DNA of 64,000 nucleotides from Promethearchaeia archaeon (GTDB lineage Archaea; Asgardarchaeota; Lokiarchaeia; Sigyniarchaeales; SOKP01): NCBI GenBank assembly GCA_029856145.1, contig JAHQWK010000023.1, positions 1 to 64,000 of the forward strand, read 5' to 3'. Shown piece by piece: positions 19,477 to 27,670 of this stretch (position 1 is its first letter; each line of letters starts with the position of its first letter). The notes under the pieces were generated by a model. It saw only the letters and a program-made list of their open reading frames with translations, ran no database searches and was not told where the DNA came from. The position numbers and the translations under genes were made by a program.

Positions 19477-20610
19477 CTAAGAAAATCCTAATAAAAACTT
19501 GTTCCCTAAATGTACATGTTTTAAATATTTTTTAGCAACATCCAAACATTTTAAAGCTTGTTTTCGGGGAGTAATCCCTAAATCCCGCATTTGATAATCT
19601 CCGTGAAACACTAAAAGGCTATAAGGTATTTCAATATTTATCGAGCTAACAAATTCGGCAATCTGCTCTACTTCTTCATGGTTTGTATATCCCGGAACCA
19701 TTAATGTGCACGCGCTCATCTCAAATAAGCCTTTCCTTGTTCCAAAATAATTCTCCGCGAGAAATTTAAAGTTTTTTAATGTTCTTCTGTTGCTTACACC
19801 ACATAAAGCAAGATTAAGTTTTTCATTAAATGTTTTTAAATCGAATTTGATATTTCCTCCTGTTTTAATCGCAATTTGCATGCATTTTTCAATCCAATCC
19901 CTATTTCCGGAGCCATTCCACTCCCAACATATCCTCATAAACCTTTTTTCATCCTTAATTTTTTCAAGAATTTTCTCAGCCAAATTAATCGAAAATGGTA
20001 ATTGAGCTTCTGGGGTACCTCCAAAATAACATAAACATGTGATTTTCTTATTTTTAACAATTTGATTAGCTAATGTATCAATATCAAATAAATTTTTTTT
20101 TGAAAAGAGCTTGTGAGACGCATTTTGGCAAAATAGACAATTAAATGTGCATCCATACAAAAAAGCAGCATAACTATATGTGCCAAATTCAGGACCTTCG
20201 TAATTTGAAAATTCAGGATACCCAAATGAAGTTCCGGCTGGACAAAACCAGCCATTGCAGCAGTTAGTTGGATTAGGATCTATATACCCATGGATATAGC
20301 CCTTCGATTTTGATGGATATGGTAATTGCCCTAACTTTCTTAGTTGAATATTTCTCAACCCACAATAGCTAATATCATTATCAGATAGAGCACATTCATT
20401 TATACATAAATTACATTTTAATTTGATATTTGGTCTTTCTGCCTTAGGAGGTTTTTCTGGTAATTCTACAAGCTTGCGGACTTCTGTGTGAACATTTAAT
20501 ACATGGGGCTTAATTTTACTCCAATCTCCTTCCAAAATACAATTCCTACAAACTTGCAAAACTTCTGAAATTACTCTTTCAGTTTTTCCACAAAACTTAC
20601 AAGTTCCCAT
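19477..20610 (-). CDS. Radical SAM protein (PflA/AmmeMemoRadiSAM-like) with N-terminal Cys clusters
   Basis: GCTFNCLFCQN CxxxCxxC motif, FGGTPE, IKFDLK; N-terminal CKFC, CRNC, CNLCINEC. Confidence 0.85.
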   Translation of the reverse strand: MGTCKFCGKTERVISEVLQVCRNCILEGDWSKIKPHVLNVHTEVRKLVELPEKPPKAERPNIKLKCNLCINECALSDNDISYCGLRNIQLRKLGQLPYPSKSKGYIHGYIDPNPTNCCNGWFCPAGTSFGYPEFSNYEGPEFGTYSYAAFLYGCTFNCLFCQNASHKLFSKKNLFDIDTLANQIVKNKKITCLCYFGGTPEAQLPFSINLAEKILEKIKDEKRFMRICWEWNGSGNRDWIEKCMQIAIKTGGNIKFDLKTFNEKLNLALCGVSNRRTLKNFKFLAENYFGTRKGLFEMSACTLMVPGYTNHEEVEQIAEFVSSINIEIPYSLLVFHGDYQMRDLGITPRKQALKCLDVAKKYLKHVHLGNKFLLGFS

Positions 20611-20612
20611 AT

Positions 20613-21272
20613 TTACATCTTTTTCTTTAGTAATAAAAAAGTTTGGCCAGATTTTTGGTTTGGATTATTTTTCACCATAAATCCTTCAAATCCATTATTA
20701 ATAAATGATTTGTTAAATATTTTTAATTCATTATCATCCTGAGGATAAAATTCTATTACAACTCTTCCATTTTGTTTTAAAATTTTGTTTATATATTTAC
20801 CTGTGTCATTTAGAAGTTTAACATTTTCGCCAAAATTTTCAATTTTATGTGTTATAAAATTATAGGATGATATTGAGATTATATGATCAACTGAATTGAC
20901 CCTGATAGGTAAAAAATTAATATCTGCTAAGATTAATTCTAAAGTTTTTAAATCCTTAGAAGACTTTTTCTTTTCTCTAGCCTTGGATAACATATCATAT
21001 AGAATATCAATACCAACTACTTTAAATCCATTTTGAATTAATATTTCTGAAGAATAGCCCGTTCCACATCCTAAGTCTAAAATTAAAAATGAATCTCCCA
21101 ATTTAATTCCAGTACCGTTCTTGTTATTTAATTTTTCATCGAAAAGATATTGAATAGTTAACGACGTAGTTCGTTTTTGATTCCGCTCCATCCATTTTGA
21201 TCTATTATATTCTACCGCTTTATCTTCAATATAATCATCTGGAAATATAGGGAGTTGTTTTTTTCTTACCAA
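20613..21272 (-). CDS. Class I SAM methyltransferase, Bud23/WBSCR22-like
   Basis: ILDLGCGTG, GIDI, IISIS, VIEFYPQDDNEL, GFEGFMV. Confidence 0.75.
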   Translation of the reverse strand: MVRKKQLPIFPDDYIEDKAVEYNRSKWMERNQKRTTSLTIQYLFDEKLNNKNGTGIKLGDSFLILDLGCGTGYSSEILIQNGFKVVGIDILYDMLSKAREKKKSSKDLKTLELILADINFLPIRVNSVDHIISISSYNFITHKIENFGENVKLLNDTGKYINKILKQNGRVVIEFYPQDDNELKIFNKSFINNGFEGFMVKNNPNQKSGQTFLLLKKKM

Positions 21273-21377
21273 TGATGATCACAAATGTAAAAATAATTTA
21301 AATATATAAATAACTAAACTCAATATATCATAAAAAAAATTAATTATCATATTAAGACAAAAAATAGGATATGGGAT

Positions 21378-21773
21378 TTGCTTATGGCGGGAAAGAATAC
21401 CATCCTCATAGTTGATGACGAACCTGATATTGTGAATCTTACTGAGAAGTTTTTAAAATTGGGGGATTTTGATACAATTACAAGCAGCAATGCGAAAGAG
21501 GCTATGAAAATCATTGAGGAAAGTTATGATAAAATAGCCCTAATACTCCTTGACATAATGATGCCAGGCCGAAGCGGATATTCCGTGTTGGAAGAGGTCA
21601 AAAATAATGAGAAGTACAAGGAGATTCTTGTAGTTCTATTTACTGTTAAAAGTTTTAATGAAGATGTTCAAAAGGGAAAAAAACTTGGCGCTGATGCCTA
21701 TATCACTAAACCTTTCTCAGGTAAGGAACTTTTAAACAGAATAAAAGAGATTTTAGGGAATAATAATCATTAA
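21378..21773 (+). CDS. Single-domain response regulator (CheY-like receiver)
   Basis: ILIVDDE, LLDIMMPGRSG, GADAYITKPF. Confidence 0.95.
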   Translation: MLMAGKNTILIVDDEPDIVNLTEKFLKLGDFDTITSSNAKEAMKIIEESYDKIALILLDIMMPGRSGYSVLEEVKNNEKYKEILVVLFTVKSFNEDVQKGKKLGADAYITKPFSGKELLNRIKEILGNNNH

Positions 21774-21925
21774 ACATTTAGTTTTTCTTTTTATCATTTT
21801 TTTGTTGAGTTTAATTGTATAAATATCTCATTTTATAATTTAATCTAAAAATTTTTATATTATTTGAGCAAATTATCTTCACCTAATTAAAATTTTATTT
21901 CAAATACAAAAAAGAGTTATTTAAA

Positions 21926-22600
21926 ATGGTATATGAAGCAGAATCCGATAAAATTCCTTTCTTTAAGCAATACCTTTCTGTAATCATATTATTAGCTAAT
22001 ATAATCGTATTTATTTGGCAAATGCTAGATCTTACTGGTCAAATGCACATCGAAGCTGCGTTTGTTCCTGCGGATTTCTTTGCAGGCATAAATTGGTGGA
22101 CGTTATTTACTTCGATGTTTATGCATGGAGATATTGTCCATATAATCATGAATATGTGGTTTTTCATTATAATAACTGATAATTGTGAACATGCTATGGG
22201 TCATGTCTTGTATTTGATTACCTATATTATTTCAGGGATATGTGGTAGTTTACTTCACGCTTTAAGTACGCTAATTTGGCCATTTTTAACAACTATTCCT
22301 TCCTTAGGAGCTTCTGGAGCAATATTCGGTTTGATGGGTGTTTATCTAATTCTTTATTATGAGAATAAATTTTATCTACCATCCGCCACAGGTACATCAA
22401 TGAGAAAAGTAAGTGCCGGTTATTTTATAGTTACATATTTTATAGCTGAATTAACCTATGCTATTTATTCACTAATGGATCCCTTTAGTCTTGGTTCGAC
22501 AGCTCATTTCGCCCACGTGGGGGGATTCATTGCGGGAGCTATCATTGCAGGAGTATATAAGGGTGTAAAAGGTACATCTTATAAGAAGAAAAAACCCTAA
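21926..22600 (+). CDS. Rhomboid intramembrane serine protease
   Basis: TSMFMHG...HIIMNMW, GASGAIFG, AHFAHVGG. Confidence 0.95.
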   Translation: MVYEAESDKIPFFKQYLSVIILLANIIVFIWQMLDLTGQMHIEAAFVPADFFAGINWWTLFTSMFMHGDIVHIIMNMWFFIIITDNCEHAMGHVLYLITYIISGICGSLLHALSTLIWPFLTTIPSLGASGAIFGLMGVYLILYYENKFYLPSATGTSMRKVSAGYFIVTYFIAELTYAIYSLMDPFSLGSTAHFAHVGGFIAGAIIAGVYKGVKGTSYKKKKP

Positions 22601-22710
22601 TCTTTTCATTTTTTCTTTTTTTCTTTTTCATAAACTTTTTTCAATAATGAGTTATTTAAAACCTTATCAGTTTAAATACTAAAAGTATAATCTAAGACGT
22701 GAAAATGACT

Positions 22711-22730
22711 ATTGTTCCACCTGGAACAAT
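22711..22730. promoter_or_regulatory. Perfect palindrome ATTGTTCCA-CC-TGGAACAAT, putative operator
   Basis: 9-bp inverted repeat with a 2-nt spacer, 58 nt upstream of the nucleotide-sugar dehydrogenase. Confidence 0.4.
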
Positions 22731-22788
22731 TGTTGAAAAATTTATTCGCTAATCAAATCTAAAAATATAAAAAAATGTGTAAAAACTT

Positions 22789-24177
22789 ATGGAAGATTGG
22801 GAAAAATTAATAGAAAAAAGAGATCTTATTGTAAGTGTTGTGGGAATAGGTCGTATTGGATTACCTACAGCATTAATGATTTCAAATGAAGGATTCAAAA
22901 CATATGGTATAGATACTGATTTAAGCTTAGTTGAAAAAGTTAATGCAGGAGGAGGAGATCCTCCAATTACTTATATTATAGATGAACCTGAACTTGAAAG
23001 TCTGCTTAAAAAAGTGATAATAAATAGAAAACTAAAAGCAACTACAAATTTTAGAAATTATACCTCACAATCGAATTTAATAATCCTTTGCATTCCTACA
23101 GCCATAACAGAACAAAAAGTTCCAGACTATAGTGTTATTAATGAAGTTCTTAAGGAAATTGGGCAATTAAAAGAAAAATTGGCAAAAAAAATCGTTATTT
23201 TCGAATCAACTGTTGGACCAAATTATGTTGAAAAAATTGCTATCCCCTTAATTGAAAAAGTCTCTGAATTAAAAATTAATAAAGACTTCTGGGTAGCATC
23301 TTGTCCAGAAAGAGCGAATCCAGGAAATATAATAAAAAATCTAAACTCAATACCTCGAATAGTAGGAGCAAGTAATAATTATGCACGAAATATTGTATCC
23401 TATTTTTATAAAACTGCATTTAAAGTAAACATATTTGAAGTAAGCAATCCCCGAACAGCAAATTCAGTAAAGCTGATAGAAAATATTTTTAGAGTTGTTA
23501 ATATAGCGTTTGCAAATGAAATTAGTCAATTAATGAGAAAATTTGATATTGATTACATGGAAGTGTTAAAAGGCGCAGCTACAAAGTATAATTTTCTAAC
23601 ACACTATCCTGGACCAGGTGTGGGTGGTCCATGTCTCCCAAGCAATCCATATTATCTTATTGATGAAGGATATAAAGTATCATTTACACCAAATCTATTA
23701 AGAGTTGCTACTGAAGTAAATCAAAGTCAACCATTTCACATTATTGAATTGATTTTTGAGGGTCTTAATAAAATCAATAAACCTATAGCAAATACTAAAA
23801 TAGCAATATTAGGCATTAGCTATAAAGCTAACGTAAAAGATGTTCAAATTTCTAGTGTTATACCTATCTTAAGTGAATTACAAAAAAACAATGCGATTTT
23901 AGGTATATATGATCCTTATTATAAAGAAGAAGAAATACTAGGTTTTAAAATAGAAAAGAATTATGAATTTATAAAAAGAGTCTACTCCATAATTATTATT
24001 CATACAGACCATAATGAATTTAAATCACAAAATTTTAAAGATTTTCTTAGGGAATGTAAGGATCTTAAAGTTATTGTAGATTGCCATAATACTTATGAAT
24101 ATGAAGAGATACCTAATAATATCTATTATATTGGGGTTGGTAGACCAATGAAATACATAAATAGAAAAAATAATTAA
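22789..24177 (+). CDS. UDP-sugar (UDP-GlcNAc/ManNAc) dehydrogenase, WecC/WbpA family
   Basis: GIGRIGLP, ESTVGP, CPERANPG, KLIENIFR, PGPGVGGPC. Confidence 0.9.
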   Translation: MEDWEKLIEKRDLIVSVVGIGRIGLPTALMISNEGFKTYGIDTDLSLVEKVNAGGGDPPITYIIDEPELESLLKKVIINRKLKATTNFRNYTSQSNLIILCIPTAITEQKVPDYSVINEVLKEIGQLKEKLAKKIVIFESTVGPNYVEKIAIPLIEKVSELKINKDFWVASCPERANPGNIIKNLNSIPRIVGASNNYARNIVSYFYKTAFKVNIFEVSNPRTANSVKLIENIFRVVNIAFANEISQLMRKFDIDYMEVLKGAATKYNFLTHYPGPGVGGPCLPSNPYYLIDEGYKVSFTPNLLRVATEVNQSQPFHIIELIFEGLNKINKPIANTKIAILGISYKANVKDVQISSVIPILSELQKNNAILGIYDPYYKEEEILGFKIEKNYEFIKRVYSIIIIHTDHNEFKSQNFKDFLRECKDLKVIVDCHNTYEYEEIPNNIYYIGVGRPMKYINRKNN

Positions 24178-24271
24178 TAAGAAAACTTGTCTTAACCTTA
24201 TTTCTTCAATTATTGTCTTTATATGAGCTAAGGTTTCTTAAATAATTGAAAATAAAAATCTATTAATTATA

Positions 24272-24333
24272 TCTCAGAATTCTTGCGGAATTCACAATTA
24301 AATCCTAACATTTTATGATTTAATTTTTTGAGA
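24272..24333 (-). ncRNA. 3'-UTR three-helix RNA element, copy 1
   Basis: Minus strand UCUCA-AAA-AAUUAAAUC[AUAAAAUGUUAG]GAUUUAAUU-GU-GAAUUC[CGCAA]GAAUUC-UGAGA, starting 8 nt after the TAA. Confidence 0.7.
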
Positions 24334-24341
24334 ATTATTGA

Positions 24342-24479
24342 TTATTTTTTATTTGCTTCTGTTTCTCTTAGTTTTCGCAGTTTTTGTGCTCTTCGATACC
24401 ACATATTAAGCATTCCTCAACTAGTACTATAGCAATCATCATCAAACTCAAGATCCAAATAGTCTTCTTGATCTTCCAT
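24342..24479 (-). CDS. Putative 45-aa selenoprotein / TGA-readthrough peptide, copy 1
   Basis: MEDQEDYLDLEFDDDCYSTS-TGA(24417-24419)-GMLNMWYRRAQKLRKLRETEANKK-TAA; SD AGGTGA 10 nt upstream. Confidence 0.6.
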
Positions 24480-24640
24480 TATTTTATAATCACCTATCTT
24501 CTAAGTGTCTCAAAATAAATATGAGATATTAAAGTGGCGTTTATAAAAAATAAAAACTCAATTGCGAGTAATAATTTTTTATAATCACTTACGTAGAAAT
24601 CTTAATTTCCAATAAAAGAGAATGAAATTTTTTGTTTTAA

Positions 24641-24703
24641 TCTCGAATTCTTCGCGGAATTCGTAAGAATAGATCCTAGCTTTTTATGATCTAGTTCCTG
24701 AGA
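24641..24703 (-). ncRNA. 3'-UTR three-helix RNA element, copy 2
   Basis: Minus strand UCUC-AGGAACUAGAUC[AUAAAAAGCUAG]GAUCUAUUCUU-AC-GAAUUC[CGCGAA]GAAUUC-GAGA, starting 5 nt after the TAA. Confidence 0.7.
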
Positions 24704-24708
24704 TTTTA

Positions 24709-24864
24709 TTATTTAATTTTTGCTTGTTTTTTTCGTTGTCGTCGTTTTTTTATACCTTTTATGCATGCTATAACGCCATCAATAATGCCTCAACCAGTAC
24801 AGTGAGTATCATCATTGTATGAACCGGAGATTTCATTATCCAGATTATTTTTCCATTCTGACAT
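24709..24864 (-). CDS. Putative 51-aa selenoprotein / TGA-readthrough peptide, copy 2 (CxxU)
   Basis: MSEWKNNLDNEISGSYNDDTHCTG-TGA(24790-24792)-GIIDGVIACIKGIKKRRQRKKQAKIK-TAA. An alternative in-frame ATG lies at 24885. Confidence 0.6.
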
Positions 24865-25105
24865 AGTTTTAACAATATTATGCATTTTTTAGATAAAAAA
24901 ACAAATGAGTAAATAAATATGTTTTTGTTATAGATTTAAACCAAATTTACCATAAATTTTTAAAAACAAAATCTTTGCCAACCTTCTCTAATATAAAATT
25001 ATCATTTTTTTTATTTTTCTGTTTAATTTCGAAATAAGCTAGTTTTCATTATTTTAATAAAGGTTAGATTTTTATTTAGCTTAATAACGTGAATTTTGGG
25101 TAAAA

Positions 25106-25384
25106 ATGGCTGGAATAAAAGAGTTAAAAGAAGAACTTTCTGAAATGCGAACCAGTATGGACCGATTAACGGAAGAATTGCACGAAACCAATTTAGCTAT
25201 TAGAGAATCCTTAAAATTAACTTCTGAAACAATTCGAGAAGCAAGTGAAACATTTTCAAAAGCATTAGAGGATGCCATGAATAGGATGTCAGATTTAACA
25301 ATTCAGATGAATATTAGAGATACAATTCTTAAAAATCTCGGAATTGATGGAATGATTCCGGATTTTCTAAAGAAAAAGAAATAA
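25106..25384 (+). CDS. Small coiled-coil protein
   Basis: Heptad-like E/L-rich helix; C-terminal IPDFLKKKK. Confidence 0.7.
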   Translation: MAGIKELKEELSEMRTSMDRLTEELHETNLAIRESLKLTSETIREASETFSKALEDAMNRMSDLTIQMNIRDTILKNLGIDGMIPDFLKKKK

Positions 25385-25387
25385 CGT

Positions 25388-25582
25388 TTACATTTTTTGC
25401 TGTCCTTCCCACCTTTTAGCAACAAAATATAGGATAACAAGCGAGATGATATAAACTATCGTAATTAATGGCCATAAAATAACTTCATTTGGCTTGTTTT
25501 CGATTATTCCCATAATCGCTTTATAAATAAAAAAGATACTAAACAATGCTAAAAGTCGAATGGCAGATTTTATTCTATCCAT
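25388..25582 (-). CDS. Small two-TM membrane protein
   Basis: Two hydrophobic segments in 64 aa. Confidence 0.6.
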   Translation of the reverse strand: MDRIKSAIRLLALFSIFFIYKAIMGIIENKPNEVILWPLITIVYIISLVILYFVAKRWEGQQKM

Positions 25583-25679
25583 GATTCTTTACAAATTTTT
25601 ATTTAATATTTAAAATATTATAATACTTAAAATTAAAAGTATAATAAAGAATAATTATAAACCTATATTAAAGAAGAAA

Positions 25680-25883
25680 ATGTCGGAAAGAAATCCTCCT
25701 ATTTGTTATAGTTGTGGCACTAGTTGTGAAGATAATATGGAAAACACTCATTATTGTATATGTGATATTGCTATTTGCCATGAGTGCATTAATTCTGTTA
25801 AGAAAAATGATACAACCTGGATTTGTCCCCAATGTAAAGAAGAAAACGATATTGAAAAAAGCTTACTGTTCCGATCTACTTAA
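25680..25883 (+). CDS. Stand-alone C4C4 RING-finger-like protein
   Basis: C-x2-C-x13-C-x-C-x4-C-x2-C-x12-C-x2-C spacing. Confidence 0.7.
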   Translation: MSERNPPICYSCGTSCEDNMENTHYCICDIAICHECINSVKKNDTTWICPQCKEENDIEKSLLFRST

Positions 25884-25934
25884 TTCTTTATAGGAAATAA
25901 TTTTTATAAGAATCAGTTTAATTATATGATTAAT

Positions 25935-25998
25935 AGCCTATGATGAAAAAAAACTCATAATGATTCCTATATGATTAAATCTTGGAAGACTGAGGCTT
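25935..25998 (+). ncRNA. Box C/D guide sRNA
   Basis: AGCC/GGCT terminal stem; C box ATGATGA (25940-46), D' ATGA, C' ATGATTA, D box CTGA (25990-93); two ~12-nt guides. Confidence 0.7.
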
Positions 25999-26088
25999 AC
26001 TAACCAACTAAACACTAAAAACTCAAAAAGATAAATAAGTTTTCATTACTTTACCTATTAAAGAAAATTATATTTATTTAGATTTAAC

Positions 26089-26577
26089 ATGTCAACTAAT
26101 ATTATATCAAAAGTCGTGGAGTTGGATAATTGTAATAAAGATATGCTTATAAAAGCGATCTTTAAACCAGAGTTTTGGGTAATGATAAACCCTGCAAAAT
26201 CAATGCAAGCGGAATTTACATCCCCGAACGTATTATATACTAAAATAATTGATGAAATCATTAATATTAAAATTGAAATGGAAGGCGAATTGGTATTACA
26301 AGATAATGGGGAGCAAGAAGAAGGGAAAGGACGATTGATTGAATTGAATGTTCGAAACAATAAAGATGTCAGAGAATTAGAAGGTCGAATGCGGATAAAA
26401 GCAATTTCCAATAATAAATCGAAAATAGGAGTATTCATAAATAGTTTTAAATTGGGTAGTGATTTTCTTGGGTTAATTGGAAGAAAAGCGGCAGAACTCG
26501 CATTGAGAACTAAGATAACAGATATGTTGCGAAATTTAGAGAAATGGGTGAAATCTAAATCTTTAGAGGATTTATAA
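26089..26577 (+). CDS. Hypothetical protein, possible SRPBCC/CoxG-like fold
   Basis: Size, PEFW motif, beta-strand pattern and long C-terminal helix. Confidence 0.5.
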   Translation: MSTNIISKVVELDNCNKDMLIKAIFKPEFWVMINPAKSMQAEFTSPNVLYTKIIDEIINIKIEMEGELVLQDNGEQEEGKGRLIELNVRNNKDVRELEGRMRIKAISNNKSKIGVFINSFKLGSDFLGLIGRKAAELALRTKITDMLRNLEKWVKSKSLEDL

Positions 26578-26654
26578 TAGTATCGATATACTAGAGATTA
26601 ATTAAGATAAATACATAACATTTATTGAGTACTTTGAAAAACAAGGGTTAAAAA

Positions 26655-27500
26655 ATGAATATTTGGATTATGGAATCAGATAGTGGAATCACATTAGTTT
26701 ACAAGCCATACATGGATTTTCCTATAAATGAGGATCTTGTTTCTGGATTATTGACAGCGCTAAACCAATTTACTATTGTAGAATTTAAACAAGGAATAGA
26801 ATCTATTGAAATGGGTGGTCTTAGATGGGTATACATAATGGATAAAGGGACAAACCTTTTATTTATAGGCGCAGACTCTAAGGAGGTTACAGCGGAAACT
26901 TTAAGAGCTCGATTAGATGTGATACGGCAAACTTTTATCTTACAATATGCCCATGAAAAAAATAAATGGGGTAGTAAGTGGGCTGGAAACGTGGAGATCT
27001 ATAAACCTTTCGAGAATGTAATTGATGAGTTTTATACTCAATGGAAACAAGCAGAACATATTACTACAGTTGCTGAATTTTTTGATGTCATAGGAATTTT
27101 TCAACAAATATTAAACTTAGTCATTAACGTAATAGAAGGTCATTTACCTAAAAAGAAGAAGCAACGAATTTATGATAGAATTGAAGAAATGTTTAAACAA
27201 TATTCAAATCTAGAAATTGTCCAAAAAAATCCTGAGCTAAGTAAAATTTCATTTGTAAAAAATGTTGGATTCAATATCATTGGTATAGATCCAATGAATA
27301 GTGATATGTATCTTGTAGAAAAACAAATTATAAATTTAATTAGACAACTTGTAGAAATTCTTAAAACAGAAGAGGGATATTTTCCCAGTTTAAAATATTT
27401 CATTGAAGAGAACGTTTTCGATTATTTATTATCAAACTTTAGTTTCTTAAATGATTTGAACTTATTTACATTTTTACTACAACTTTTTCTAATGAAATGA
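26655..27500 (+). CDS. Longin-domain protein (Asgard type), paralog of 8252..9097
   Basis: MNIWIMESDSGITLVYK...EDLVSGLLTALNQF...IESIEMGGLRWVY. Confidence 0.7.
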   Translation: MNIWIMESDSGITLVYKPYMDFPINEDLVSGLLTALNQFTIVEFKQGIESIEMGGLRWVYIMDKGTNLLFIGADSKEVTAETLRARLDVIRQTFILQYAHEKNKWGSKWAGNVEIYKPFENVIDEFYTQWKQAEHITTVAEFFDVIGIFQQILNLVINVIEGHLPKKKKQRIYDRIEEMFKQYSNLEIVQKNPELSKISFVKNVGFNIIGIDPMNSDMYLVEKQIINLIRQLVEILKTEEGYFPSLKYFIEENVFDYLLSNFSFLNDLNLFTFLLQLFLMK

Positions 27501-27670
27501 GTTAATTTCAATCTATTTGTTATTACAAAGATCTATAAATGAGAATTCAGTAAATCCATTGAAGATTTTAATGTATTCCTTTTAAAAGTAAAATGGAGTT
27601 AATTTAAATAGATTTATTAAACGAAGTTTATTTAATTTATTAATTGACTTCGAATAATTAACTTCATAAA

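Noticed and set aside
24342-24413. Separate downstream ORF restarting at the ATG after the TGA in copy 1
   Set aside because: Copy 2 has ATT at the equivalent codon and no in-frame ATG, so readthrough explains both copies more simply. It is not fully excluded, given the AUH starts seen in this genome.
24272-24703. Hammerhead ribozyme, canonical SECIS or CRISPR repeat identity for the duplicated element
   Set aside because: No CUGANGA/GAAA core and no AUGA/GA quartet on the mRNA strand. There are only two divergent copies ~370 nt apart.
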